Shown piece by piece: positions 1-7,798 of a stretch of DNA of 32,000 bases. The notes under the pieces were generated by a model, which saw only the letters and a program-made list of their open reading frames with translations, ran no database searches and was not told the DNA's origin. This DNA is from Nodularia phage vB_NspS-kac68v161. How positions within the stretch are numbered: the first letter of the stretch is position 1; every line of letters begins with the position of its first letter. Position numbers and translations under genes: made by a program. The DNA lies in sequence record MK605245.1. One strand, written 5' to 3'.

Positions 1-2
1 AG

Positions 3-998
3 GTAATTGACAACCTCAAAGATTATGGTGACAAACAACGAGAACTCAAATATAAGGAAGTTGCCGAGGCTGATCTAAGCTTGCTAGATAATCTTGAGCC
101 AAACCAAGACACCATGCTAAAAACCCAAGCAAGAGCTAAGGATCTAAAATCCTGCTTATATGCTATGGGTATTGATGCTGAACAATGGAAATCACAATTT
201 GATGGTGAGGGAAGAATTGAACTGGTAAGGCGATCGCTTGGTAGAAAGTCTAAGTTCCGCCGCAGCTTGATTTATGGATTCTCAGCTAGATGTTTGTTAA
301 GCGGTGAAGATGTTCAAGTTTCTGAAATCGTCGCTACGGCTGAAGACTTCCGGTCTGCTTGGGCTTCTAGAGGTCGTTCAATCAAGGATACCCAAATCGC
401 CTTATCCCCAGGTATTGAGTTTCTAGATCAGGTTCTGAATATTAGAGTATTAGTGAATGCTCTTGGTGTGGAAGCAATGAAGAGGGGACATTGTGAAGGA
501 GGTAGTGAAAAAGTAGCGCTGTTCATGCACAACGAAATGCCAGTAGTTATTACAGCACACCGGAAAATGGTTGAGAACCGCCAACTAATCAAACACCAAT
601 TCAATATTGATATTGACATTAGACCCGAACGTGCAGCCAGTGGACTTGCTGCTTTATTCAGAGCGATCGGCTTTGTGTCTACTAAGTCTAAAGGTCGTGA
701 GTCTGAATTAGGTAAGGACAAATCAGGTAAAGGGAATGCGATTAAGAATTCCTTCTTGATTACCGAAGATGCCCTACACTACAAAATCTGGCAGTGCTGG
801 ATCACCAACTATAAAGATAAACGCCCGGACTTCTTTAAGTGGTTCTACAACCCATCGCAGGATGAAACAGGCGATTTAATATGGAAGAACCGCTTGGGGA
901 TTGTTGACGACGCGCCAGAGGCTGTTATTCAGACTAAAAAAGCCCAAGGAGTAAGCACCAAAAAAGATAAGCAACTTGAACTCCAACTAGCTTACTAA
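3..998 (+). CDS. C-terminal part of a larger protein of unknown function (open to the window edge; possibly replication-related)
   Basis: Frame is open from base 3 (VIDNLKDYGDKQRELKYKEVAEADLSLLDNLEPNQ...), so the TTG start at 81 is not convincing. Stop at 996-998. Charged C-terminus. Confidence 0.6.
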   Translation, partial: VIDNLKDYGDKQRELKYKEVAEADLSLLDNLEPNQDTMLKTQARAKDLKSCLYAMGIDAEQWKSQFDGEGRIELVRRSLGRKSKFRRSLIYGFSARCLLSGEDVQVSEIVATAEDFRSAWASRGRSIKDTQIALSPGIEFLDQVLNIRVLVNALGVEAMKRGHCEGGSEKVALFMHNEMPVVITAHRKMVENRQLIKHQFNIDIDIRPERAASGLAALFRAIGFVSTKSKGRESELGKDKSGKGNAIKNSFLITEDALHYKIWQCWITNYKDKRPDFFKWFYNPSQDETGDLIWKNRLGIVDDAPEAVIQTKKAQGVSTKKDKQLELQLAY

Positions 999-1022
999 AA
1001 CCAAATTAAAACTCAATCAAAA

Positions 1023-1044
1023 AGCTTCCCCTAAAAAGGAAGCT
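1023..1044. terminator. Hairpin AGCTTCC/GGAAGCT after the first CDS
   Basis: 7-bp perfect stem (1023-1029 / 1038-1044), A/T rich flanks. Confidence 0.4.
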
Positions 1045-1269
1045 AAAACCGTTTGCGGGCGATCCCTTATGGCATAGTCAAAACTCTATCTATTATAGGT
1101 TTATCATAGATTTTTACTTAAGTTGAGCGATCGTTTGTGGAGGAAATAACAGATCACCATTAATTCCACTTATTTAGATCCTTATTGGATCTATTTTTAT
1201 AGTTCTTTTTGACTATTTAAATAGCTTTAAAAAATATAGTAAAGGCTAGAACGTATATATAGTAAGGAT

Positions 1270-1441
1270 TATAGATGTGTGTCAACGTTGGTATCAGTCT
1301 CCTCTTACCTCGAATGTTGGCACACCCTGGATCGAGTCGTGGTAAGCGATCACACCTTTGGGTTGGTTTATTGTGGGGTGAGAAGCAGGAAAGTAATCAG
1401 TCGCTAATAAAAAACCCCAAGCGGTTAACTTGAGGTTTTTT
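1270..1441 (+). ncRNA. Candidate structured small RNA ending in an intrinsic terminator
   Basis: GTGTGTCAACGTT (1277-1289) pairs with AATGTTGGCACAC (1313-1325) with two wobbles. No convincing ORF. Followed by a hairpin with a T tract. Confidence 0.3.
1409..1441. terminator. Bidirectional-looking terminator hairpin
   Basis: AAAACCCCAAG-cggttaa-CTTGAGGTTTT with T tract. The stem is better (G-U rather than C-A) on the minus strand, where it would terminate the 1528..1749 gene. Confidence 0.65.
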
Positions 1442-1527
1442 GTATATTATTCGTGGGTTAGGCTATGCCTTATATTTGATCCTCACCCTCAGCGTGTCCA
1501 ATCTCGTAACCATATTCATAGGCTTGT

Positions 1528-1749
1528 TTACTCTTTATCCAACCATTCAGGCGATCGCCCCAACTCCCCAAATATTTCGTGAACTGATGCCAACCTGATC
1601 TCTAGTTCTAACTCGGCTTGTTTTGCATATCTCCACCCCATAGCTTTAATTCTGTTCTCAGGTAGTGGTTCTCCTGCTTTGTATAGTTCGCAGCCAGCCA
1701 TGAATATTGCTGTGAGTTTGTTTTTGGTTGCTTCATTAAGGTTTTGCAT
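1528..1749 (-). CDS. Hypothetical protein, 73 aa
   Basis: ORF with terminator downstream. Confidence 0.5.
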   Translation of the reverse strand: MQNLNEATKNKLTAIFMAGCELYKAGEPLPENRIKAMGWRYAKQAELELEIRLASVHEIFGELGRSPEWLDKE

Positions 1750-1798
1750 TACTTCGCTCTCTTAACATTTTTTTACGTGGTCGGTAAAAAACAGTAAC

Positions 1799-2050
1799 TT
1801 ATTTGATCAAGTCTCTAACTTCCTTTGGTACAGAATCATAACCCCATTCAAGTTCTGAGTTTTCGATAGCTTCCTGCAAGAGTTCAACCGAATAATCTTC
1901 CTCAACCTCTGTTTCCTTAACTCCCGTAACTATTCCATTACCACAAGGCTCAATATTGTCCCTGGAATCAAAGAACCAGTCACAGGTACTTACACCTGGA
2001 ACCAGTATCACACCATTCTCAAATTCCCATGCTGGCGGTATAACCTTCAT
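1799..2050 (-). CDS. Hypothetical acidic protein, 83 aa
   Basis: ORF track; lies downstream of a conserved promoter-like element. Confidence 0.5.
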   Translation of the reverse strand: MKVIPPAWEFENGVILVPGVSTCDWFFDSRDNIEPCGNGIVTGVKETEVEEDYSVELLQEAIENSELEWGYDSVPKEVRDLIK

Positions 2051-2123
2051 CAGATTTTGGTTCTTCAGTGAACCCAGCTACATCATTTTCAATTACAGAT
2101 ACAATTATTTTTGTTGCCTTCAT
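2019..2123 (-). CDS. Small overlapping ORF, 34 aa (MKATKIIVSVIENDVAGFTEEPKSDEGYTASMGI)
   Basis: ATG preceded by AAAGAGGTAAAAACA, a good Shine-Dalgarno. Overlaps the start of 1799..2050 out of frame. Confidence 0.4.
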   Translation of the reverse strand: MKATKIIVSVIENDVAGFTEEPKSDEGYTASMGI

Positions 2124-2154
2124 TGTTTTTACCTCTTTATTTTTTTGCTGATGT

Positions 2155-2215
2155 AACTACTATCTCAAACCACTAACCTAAAGACAACCGTAATTATACT
2201 GAATTAAATAAACTC
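2155..2215 (-). promoter_or_regulatory. Conserved promoter/leader element, copy A
   Basis: Minus strand TTTAATTCAGTATAATTACGGTTGT...TTTGAGATAGTAGTT, containing a TATAAT -10-like hexamer. Confidence 0.6.
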
Positions 2216-2321
2216 AGTAACCATGTGAAGTATTACACTGTATTCACCCAAACGATCGCTCTGAACAATCCTAAGCCTCAACCTCGTGATAAACTATCTG
2301 AAACATTTCAGGTATATCACT

Positions 2322-2573
2322 ATGGGCAAAATGGCATGGCTACCTACATCATCCAGCAACGGTACGAAAATCCTGCATTTACAGTCTGACACCTCAAGAC
2401 CTTTCAGACCTTACTCAACATTCCCGCACCTTGCAGTACCAGACCATACTATTCCCGGTGGATCTAAAGGTTGGGCTACTTATCAAAAGCTACTTAAGTG
2501 CGGTTGGGAAATCGTGGCAAGCGATCGCGTGTCAGATGTCGGTGGTTTAGCTGGTGTGGTTGATGAGATTTAG
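2322..2573 (+). CDS. Hypothetical protein, about 83 aa (alternative ORF start at 2286)
   Basis: ORF track; more plausible internal ATG (MGKMAWLPTSSSNG). Terminator immediately downstream. Confidence 0.5.
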   Translation: MGKMAWLPTSSSNGTKILHLQSDTSRPFRPYSTFPHLAVPDHTIPGGSKGWATYQKLLKCGWEIVASDRVSDVGGLAGVVDEI

Positions 2574-2579
2574 GCGTGG

Positions 2580-2613
2580 AAAAACCCTGTAACTTATTGG
2601 CTACAGGGTTTTG
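2580..2613 (+). terminator. Intrinsic terminator
   Basis: AAAACCCTGTA...TACAGGGTTTT perfect stem. Confidence 0.75.
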
Positions 2614-2630
2614 TGTCGCGGTTTGTATTT

Positions 2631-2966
2631 TTACTTTAACGGGTAAAGTTTATAATATTTGGTTAGATTGTTTGACATTCTTTGTTTTTCTGTTCTCTTG
2701 AGTCTTAACCTGCTCTTTACTTTTATCTCCTTAAACGCCTTTTTTGTCAGGTCTATGTAAGGATCTCCACTCTCACCTGAGCAAACCTCGCCTACTTGAT
2801 AATCATCTGAGTAGACAATGACCTCACCTATTGGGTAGGTTTTACCTCTAATCACAACATCTACAGTAAATACTGGTTTCATAATTATTTCTCTTAGTAA
2901 TCCATATTCTTCAAGAACTTCTCCCAGAGTCCTGGGAGATTTTATTGCTGCATCACACATGGACAA
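2631..2966 (-). CDS. Hypothetical protein, 111 aa
   Basis: ORF overlapping the end of the upstream minus-strand gene, operon-like. Confidence 0.55.
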   Translation of the reverse strand: MSMCDAAIKSPRTLGEVLEEYGLLREIIMKPVFTVDVVIRGKTYPIGEVIVYSDDYQVGEVCSGESGDPYIDLTKKAFKEIKVKSRLRLKRTEKQRMSNNLTKYYKLYPLK

Positions 2967-3348
2967 TTAACTCAACTTCTGCATTTTCATGACCTTCGCA
3001 ATTGCTAATACTAAAAGCAGGGTATTGCATAACGTGGTCTTTAGTGAAGATGAAGCAAGAGTCAAACTTCTTAGCTTCATGTACTAGCAACTTTTCTTTT
3101 GGCTTGTGCATTCTGGGTTTGCGACCTGATATATCCCATATAGCTGAGATAATACCAACTAGGCTTGCACCTTCTTGTGCATTACCTCTACCATTCTTAC
3201 TCATGATTAATTTAGTTTCTGTGTAAGAAATGCCGAAGTAATCGGCTAAAGCTACTACTGAACAGTCATTAGCATCCTGAATACCATACTTACAATGTAG
3301 AATGTTTTGCTTTCCATTTTCCCTTTCTCTCCTCAGTGATTGTGCCAC
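2953..3348 (-). CDS. C39/papain-like cysteine peptidase-fold protein of the phage/plasmid 'NDC' type
   Basis: QDANDCSVVALADYFGISYTETKLIMSKNGRGNAQEGASLVGII followed by DHVMQYP: N-D-C near the N-terminus, G-R linker, and a later His. Confidence 0.55.
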   Translation of the reverse strand: MAQSLRRERENGKQNILHCKYGIQDANDCSVVALADYFGISYTETKLIMSKNGRGNAQEGASLVGIISAIWDISGRKPRMHKPKEKLLVHEAKKFDSCFIFTKDHVMQYPAFSISNCEGHENAEVELIVHV

Positions 3349-3357
3349 GTCCTTGTC

Positions 3358-3582
3358 CTAACAGTCAGCAGCAAGAGCATCTACTAGGTAGCATTCTTCA
3401 TCTCCAGTCATTTTGTCTGTTGTGCTATGCCCTACTAGAATAGACAAACTCTTATTGACTTTCATACTGATCCATGCTCCTTTGTTATGTTGTTCCGGGG
3501 TTATGAACAACTGTCCAATTTTCAACCCACTGAAAGTGAAGGATACACGGTCGTTTATGCGAAATTCTTTAGTAATAATCAT
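3358..3582 (-). CDS. Hypothetical protein, 74 aa
   Basis: First ORF after promoter element B. Confidence 0.5.
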   Translation of the reverse strand: MIITKEFRINDRVSFTFSGLKIGQLFITPEQHNKGAWISMKVNKSLSILVGHSTTDKMTGDEECYLVDALAADC

Positions 3583-3603
3583 TTGCCTGTCTACCTGCTT
3601 GTT

Positions 3604-3685
3604 TATACAACTACTATCTCAAGTATCAAATATCTCAAGTATCAAAGGTAAAAACAACCGTAATTATACTGAATTTAATTATACA
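3604..3685 (-). promoter_or_regulatory. Conserved promoter/leader element, copy B, with internal 16-bp tandem duplication
   Basis: Minus strand TTAAATTCAGTATAATTACGGTTGTTTTTACC...TTGAGATAGTAGTTG. TATCTCAAGTATCAAA is duplicated exactly at 3615-3630 and 3631-3646. Confidence 0.6.
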
Positions 3686-3691
3686 TGAAAG

Positions 3692-3722
3692 AAAAAACCC
3701 TGTAGCTAATAAGTTACAGGGC
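3692..3722 (-). terminator. Intrinsic terminator for 3745..4245
   Basis: Minus strand CCCTGTAACTTATTAGCTACAGGGTTTTTT. Confidence 0.75.
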
Positions 3723-3744
3723 TAAACATTCCCCAATCATTTCC

Positions 3745-4245
3745 TCAGTTATAACCAAGAAACATATCTTTTAATCCTCCCCATAGTAGCGGGTGTTCAT
3801 TTTCCGGTTTGGTCGTGTCAGACAGTAGTGCTGTGAATCTTGGTAACTCGTGTCTATACATCTTGTACAGTTTTTCGTTATTTTGTCTACTAGCTTCCAT
3901 ATTGGCAATTCTATCAGCCAGTTTCACAGGTAACGCCGCAGGGCAGGCTTTGATTTTACTCGCAATATTCTCTAGCTTTTCCTTTCTATTATTGCCAACA
4001 CCTGTTACAGCATTCACAATATTGGCTACTTCTGACCCGAACACGTCTACCAGTTCTTCATCAGTAGTATCTGTATCCTCAAGTACATCATGTAACCAAG
4101 CAGCCGCAAGTAGAGTATCATCATCGCACCCTGACTGTTTTAGAATGTTTACAACATTATTTAAATGTCTGTGGTATGGGAGTTCACCATACATTTGTCC
4201 TCTATGTTTGGTGATTGCAAAACAAAGGGCGGTAATTTCAAGCAT
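3745..4245 (-). CDS. HD-domain phosphohydrolase (RelA/SpoT hydrolase-like, Mesh1-like)
   Basis: H..GQMY...PYHRHL, AAWLHDVLEDTDTT and VKLADRIANM motifs. Confidence 0.85.
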   Translation of the reverse strand: MLEITALCFAITKHRGQMYGELPYHRHLNNVVNILKQSGCDDDTLLAAAWLHDVLEDTDTTDEELVDVFGSEVANIVNAVTGVGNNRKEKLENIASKIKACPAALPVKLADRIANMEASRQNNEKLYKMYRHELPRFTALLSDTTKPENEHPLLWGGLKDMFLGYN

Positions 4246-4723
4246 TTTCTCTATCCTTTTTAGTCAGATCAAGCTCTCCGTTAACCAGCACTCTAACGAC
4301 AGTACCAACACCTTCTAACACAATCCCAGATACATGGTCTTTGATGTATGCTTTCTGAGTTGGGTTAATCCTATAAGTCCTTACTTTTTGAAAGCTAAGT
4401 GCTGTATGGTTTCCCATTAATGGCTGATGTCTGTCCCTATTCCAGTTAAGTTCGGGTATACCTATTTTTGGTGGTTTATCTAGAATAACTTGACACTTGC
4501 AAGCTAATATGAAATCCCATCTTCGTGTGCATCCATTTTCCTTCGGTAATCTGACTTTAAAGTAAATGGGATTGCGCCACGCTAATTTGTCCTTAAACCA
4601 TTTTTCGGAGTAGCTGTTTGTTATTTCAGCGTTAAACCGCTTCACAGCATCATGGAAAAGTTTTAACCTTCCCTTGGATTGGGTTTTTAAGTAAGCATCC
4701 CAGTATTCCACTATTTCGCTCAT
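4238..4723 (-). CDS. Hypothetical protein, 161 aa
   Basis: ORF overlapping the HD gene by 8 nt, same operon. Confidence 0.65.
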   Translation of the reverse strand: MSEIVEYWDAYLKTQSKGRLKLFHDAVKRFNAEITNSYSEKWFKDKLAWRNPIYFKVRLPKENGCTRRWDFILACKCQVILDKPPKIGIPELNWNRDRHQPLMGNHTALSFQKVRTYRINPTQKAYIKDHVSGIVLEGVGTVVRVLVNGELDLTKKDRENA

Positions 4724-4732
4724 TGTATTTAC

Positions 4733-5644
4733 TCAATAATTATTCAAAATCAATTCCTTCACACCTTCACGCCCCTCAACCTTACAAGATATTGCTCTTT
4801 TAGCCTTTACCTCAACCCTTTTAAAGTTCAAACTATCCCAGCAATCAACATCACTACTGGATAGTACAACCTTACCCTGCCTAACCTCGCTCAACTCCTT
4901 AATCCAGTTCAGTAATCTTGCGTTCTCACCATCATTCCAACCATCCTTACTATATCCCACAAAATTGGCTGTATCGCTCATAGGTGTGTATGGTGGATCG
5001 AGATAAATCAGAGTATTACTATCCACGAACTCAGTTACCTGCTGATAATCACCACACAGTATGTAGACACCCTGCAAACGATAGCTCACCGCAAGTAAAT
5101 TATCACGGTCACAAATAGCCGGATTATCATAGTCACCAAAGGAAGTATTAAAACCACCATCACGTTTACGAACTCGCCACAGACCATTAAAACAAGTCTT
5201 ATTTAAGAAAATAACCTGTGCTGCGCGAGTAACCCAAGTTTCATTGTATTGGCTGTAGTTAAACTCTGCTGCTTGTTGGTTGAATTCATCGCGTACTCTC
5301 TCGAAGTATCTGCGGCGATCGCTCCAACCGTCCCGCATAATCCCACACGTTCTAATATAATCAGCTTGCAGCTTCTCCAGTTCATTGATTAACTGATGCA
5401 CTGACTGTTGAATTACCACATAAGCCACCATCAAGTCCCTATTTGTATCATTAATCAGAACCTCACCTAGCTTATGGTAATTCAACAGGTGAAATAGTAA
5501 TGCACCGCCACCAACGAAAGGCTCGCAGTATTTGGTGAAATGTTTGGGAAGCATGGGTGCAATCCTCTTTAGTAGTTGGCGTTTCCCTCCTGGCCACTTT
5601 AAGAAAGGTTTCGCTCCTTGTTTCTTCTCTGTATTCATAGTCAT
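4733..5644 (-). CDS. dam: DNA adenine methylase, Dam family (N6-MTase)
   Basis: FLKWPGGKRQLL (motif I), YCEPFVGGGALLF, INDTNRDL, LIYLDPPYTPMSDTANFVGYSKDGW (motif IV). Confidence 0.93.
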   Translation of the reverse strand: MTMNTEKKQGAKPFLKWPGGKRQLLKRIAPMLPKHFTKYCEPFVGGGALLFHLLNYHKLGEVLINDTNRDLMVAYVVIQQSVHQLINELEKLQADYIRTCGIMRDGWSDRRRYFERVRDEFNQQAAEFNYSQYNETWVTRAAQVIFLNKTCFNGLWRVRKRDGGFNTSFGDYDNPAICDRDNLLAVSYRLQGVYILCGDYQQVTEFVDSNTLIYLDPPYTPMSDTANFVGYSKDGWNDGENARLLNWIKELSEVRQGKVVLSSSDVDCWDSLNFKRVEVKAKRAISCKVEGREGVKELILNNY

Positions 5645-5682
5645 TATGGTTTATTTGTAGTCCTTATGTTTACTTATGCTAA

Positions 5683-5715
5683 AAACCAGGATGTCTCGCA
5701 GCAATCCTGGTTATT
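5683..5715 (-). terminator. Intrinsic terminator for the 5734..6222 gene
   Basis: AACCAGGAT...ATCCTGGTT 9-bp stem followed by TTTTT on the minus strand. Confidence 0.7.
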
Positions 5716-5733
5716 TTCTTTATGATCCTTGTT

Positions 5734-6222
5734 TTAATAGTTAACACCCCAAGCAAATATCCCATTAATTGTTAAATAAATCCTGTCACACGTTTTTACC
5801 TTTTTACCATCTAAGGTTACAAAGTGAGCATCAACACCATTAGGAGAACGATCTATCATTGGTCTTAATTTCATAGATCCTGTTGTATCCAGTTCTTCGT
5901 TAAAACTTTTTACCTCTCCACATACAAATAAGAATGGTGTCTTACGGGTGTCTAGGGTTTTGGCATTACCTGTTTTTGCTCTCTTAAGTAGTGTTCCTGC
6001 TGATGGTGTACCGTCTAATTTAAAACCTCTTGACCTAGCTTGCCCTGCTTTATCTAGTTTGAAGGTAACGTTTGACAATTCAACTGTGTCAGCGTGTCCT
6101 TGGGCTTTACCTTTAGCCCATACAGTGAACCATAATGGTTTCTTGCTTTGCGCTGTAGAGAAGCCAAAACAGTTTACTTTCGTGCTTAGTAGTTGTGTTG
6201 GTGTAGCTTTTTGTGTAGGCAT
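5734..6222 (-). CDS. Hypothetical protein, 162 aa (start corrected from 6288)
   Basis: Internal ATG (MPTQKATPTQLL) preceded by AAAGGAGACAAGAAG, a strong SD. The longer 6288 start lacks this. Confidence 0.7.
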   Translation of the reverse strand: MPTQKATPTQLLSTKVNCFGFSTAQSKKPLWFTVWAKGKAQGHADTVELSNVTFKLDKAGQARSRGFKLDGTPSAGTLLKRAKTGNAKTLDTRKTPFLFVCGEVKSFNEELDTTGSMKLRPMIDRSPNGVDAHFVTLDGKKVKTCDRIYLTINGIFAWGVNY

Positions 6223-6250
6223 CTTCTTGTCTCCTTTGTTCCAGTTGCTT

Positions 6251-6315
6251 TGTATCACTACTATCTCAAAACTACTAAGGTAAAACAACCGTAATTCTAC
6301 TGAATTAAATAAAAC
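6251..6315 (-). promoter_or_regulatory. Conserved promoter/leader element, copy C
   Basis: Minus strand TTTATTTAATTCAGTAGAATTACGGTTGTTTTACC...TTTTGAGATAGTAGTG, same layout as copies A and B. Confidence 0.6.
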
Positions 6316-6379
6316 ACTAAAATATACAGCCCACCCCTTTATAAGCTATATATTTTTAGAACCTTATCAAGTTTAAGTC

Positions 6380-7216
6380 CTAACTCATCAAATAGTTGAT
6401 ATATTTCCAGCACACTGCTGACTGTTGAGGGGTACAACCATCTCCTAGTATAGATACACGATGCTTCCTATCTTTTTGTGATCTTGCTAAGACTTCCATT
6501 TCTCCTTTATAGGGATTAGTTCCCCACCAACCCAATCCTCTAATTTGGTTGAGTTCTGTTGAGTACCCATGATCCACTCCCGTAAATTTATATTGCTCAC
6601 ACAGCCTGGAGTTATTAGTCCTAATACTCTCAAGCGCATCTCCAATCTGTCCTGACCAGGTCGATTGTACCGCGCGTCTGCTGATTTGCTCATCGTCATT
6701 GGCGTGGGCAATAAGGAACACTCTTTCTCGCTTGTGCGGTGCGCCAACTTCTGATGCTGAGATAGTTGACCATTGTGTAGAGTACCCGATTTCATTAAGT
6801 GACCAGAGAACATAGCCGAGGGGCGAGATTGAGTCATCTTTAGTGGGATGTCTACACCCATCGGGATTTTCCCAAAGCACGACTCTGGGCTTAACTTCGT
6901 TGATGAGTCGGTGCATCTCCCACCATAATCCACTTCTTTCTCCGTGTAGTCCGTTTCGTTTTGGGTTAGCCAAACTGTTTTGCTGGCATGGACTTCCGCC
7001 GCAGATAACGTCGAATGTTCCTGGTTTTGCTGTGTAGCTCCTGATATCATCCCAGATGGCAATTCCTGGAAAGTTTTGTCTGAGTAAGTGCTGTCTGTAA
7101 GGGGCATATTCTATAAACTGTTTAACTTGGAACTGTTGCTGCAACCCTGCTATTTCTATTCCTCGCTCACATAATCCAGCTAGACCACCGGAAAAGAGGC
7201 TTAAAACTTTGTGCAT
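6380..7216 (-). CDS. C5-cytosine DNA methyltransferase, compact 278-aa form
   Basis: LSLFSGGLAGL (I), DVICGGSPCQ (IV, catalytic PC), VVLWENPDG (VI), GAPHKRERVFLIA (VIII). Confidence 0.88.
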   Translation of the reverse strand: MHKVLSLFSGGLAGLCERGIEIAGLQQQFQVKQFIEYAPYRQHLLRQNFPGIAIWDDIRSYTAKPGTFDVICGGSPCQQNSLANPKRNGLHGERSGLWWEMHRLINEVKPRVVLWENPDGCRHPTKDDSISPLGYVLWSLNEIGYSTQWSTISASEVGAPHKRERVFLIAHANDDEQISRRAVQSTWSGQIGDALESIRTNNSRLCEQYKFTGVDHGYSTELNQIRGLGWWGTNPYKGEMEVLARSQKDRKHRVSILGDGCTPQQSAVCWKYINYLMS

Positions 7217-7250
7217 CTTTAATATATTCTAGCGCTGTTACTATAATATA

Positions 7251-7282
7251 TGATATATTTAACCTGTTGTCAAAATATATCA
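7251..7282. promoter_or_regulatory. Inverted repeat in the divergent promoter region between the C5-MTase and dut
   Basis: TGATATATTT (7251-7260) / AAATATATCA (7273-7282). Confidence 0.4.
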
Positions 7283-7331
7283 CCCAATTATTGAAACAGG
7301 TGGTATATTAACTAAAGTATTCAACAAAACT

Positions 7332-7796
7332 ATGCAGATAAAACGCCTACATCCCGACGCTGTTATCCCCAACTATGCTAAACCGGAATCGTCTGGTTTA
7401 GATTTAGTATCTGTGGAGGGTATTCTCATTCCGGTCAATTCTCATAAATTAGTTCCTACGGGAATAGCTGTGGCAGTCCCTGAACCAGAAATAGTCAGAA
7501 CAGCTTCACACGGTTATCTAACAATAGCTTTTGAAATCCAAATACGATCACGTTCCGGACTAGCACTAAAGCACTGTGTAACAGTGCTTAACTCTCCTGG
7601 CACTATTGATGAAGGCTACAGGGGGGAAATTAAAGTAATACTTGTAAATAACGGCACAGAACCATTCCAAGTTAATAAAGGTGATCGTATTGCCCAGATG
7701 GTAGTGTGTCCTATTGTGCGGGTAGCTTTAGAGGAAGTACAGGAACTTTCTGAAACAGAGCGTGGTTCCAATGGTTTTGGAAGTACAGGTGTTTAA
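7332..7796 (+). CDS. dut: dUTP diphosphatase (trimeric dUTPase)
   Basis: ESSGLDLVS, RSRSGLALK, NSPGTIDEGYRGEIKVILVN, GDRIAQMVV, and C-terminal ERGSNGFGSTG motifs. Confidence 0.95.
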   Translation: MQIKRLHPDAVIPNYAKPESSGLDLVSVEGILIPVNSHKLVPTGIAVAVPEPEIVRTASHGYLTIAFEIQIRSRSGLALKHCVTVLNSPGTIDEGYRGEIKVILVNNGTEPFQVNKGDRIAQMVVCPIVRVALEEVQELSETERGSNGFGSTGV

Positions 7797-7798
7797 TT

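Noticed and set aside
3809-4318. 169-aa plus-strand ORF opposite the HD gene
   Set aside because: Fully antisense to a gene with clear HD motifs; low-complexity Ser/Ala/Leu content typical of a shadow frame.
5948-6283. 111-aa plus-strand ORF
   Set aside because: Antisense to 5734..6222, which has a strong SD and its own terminator.
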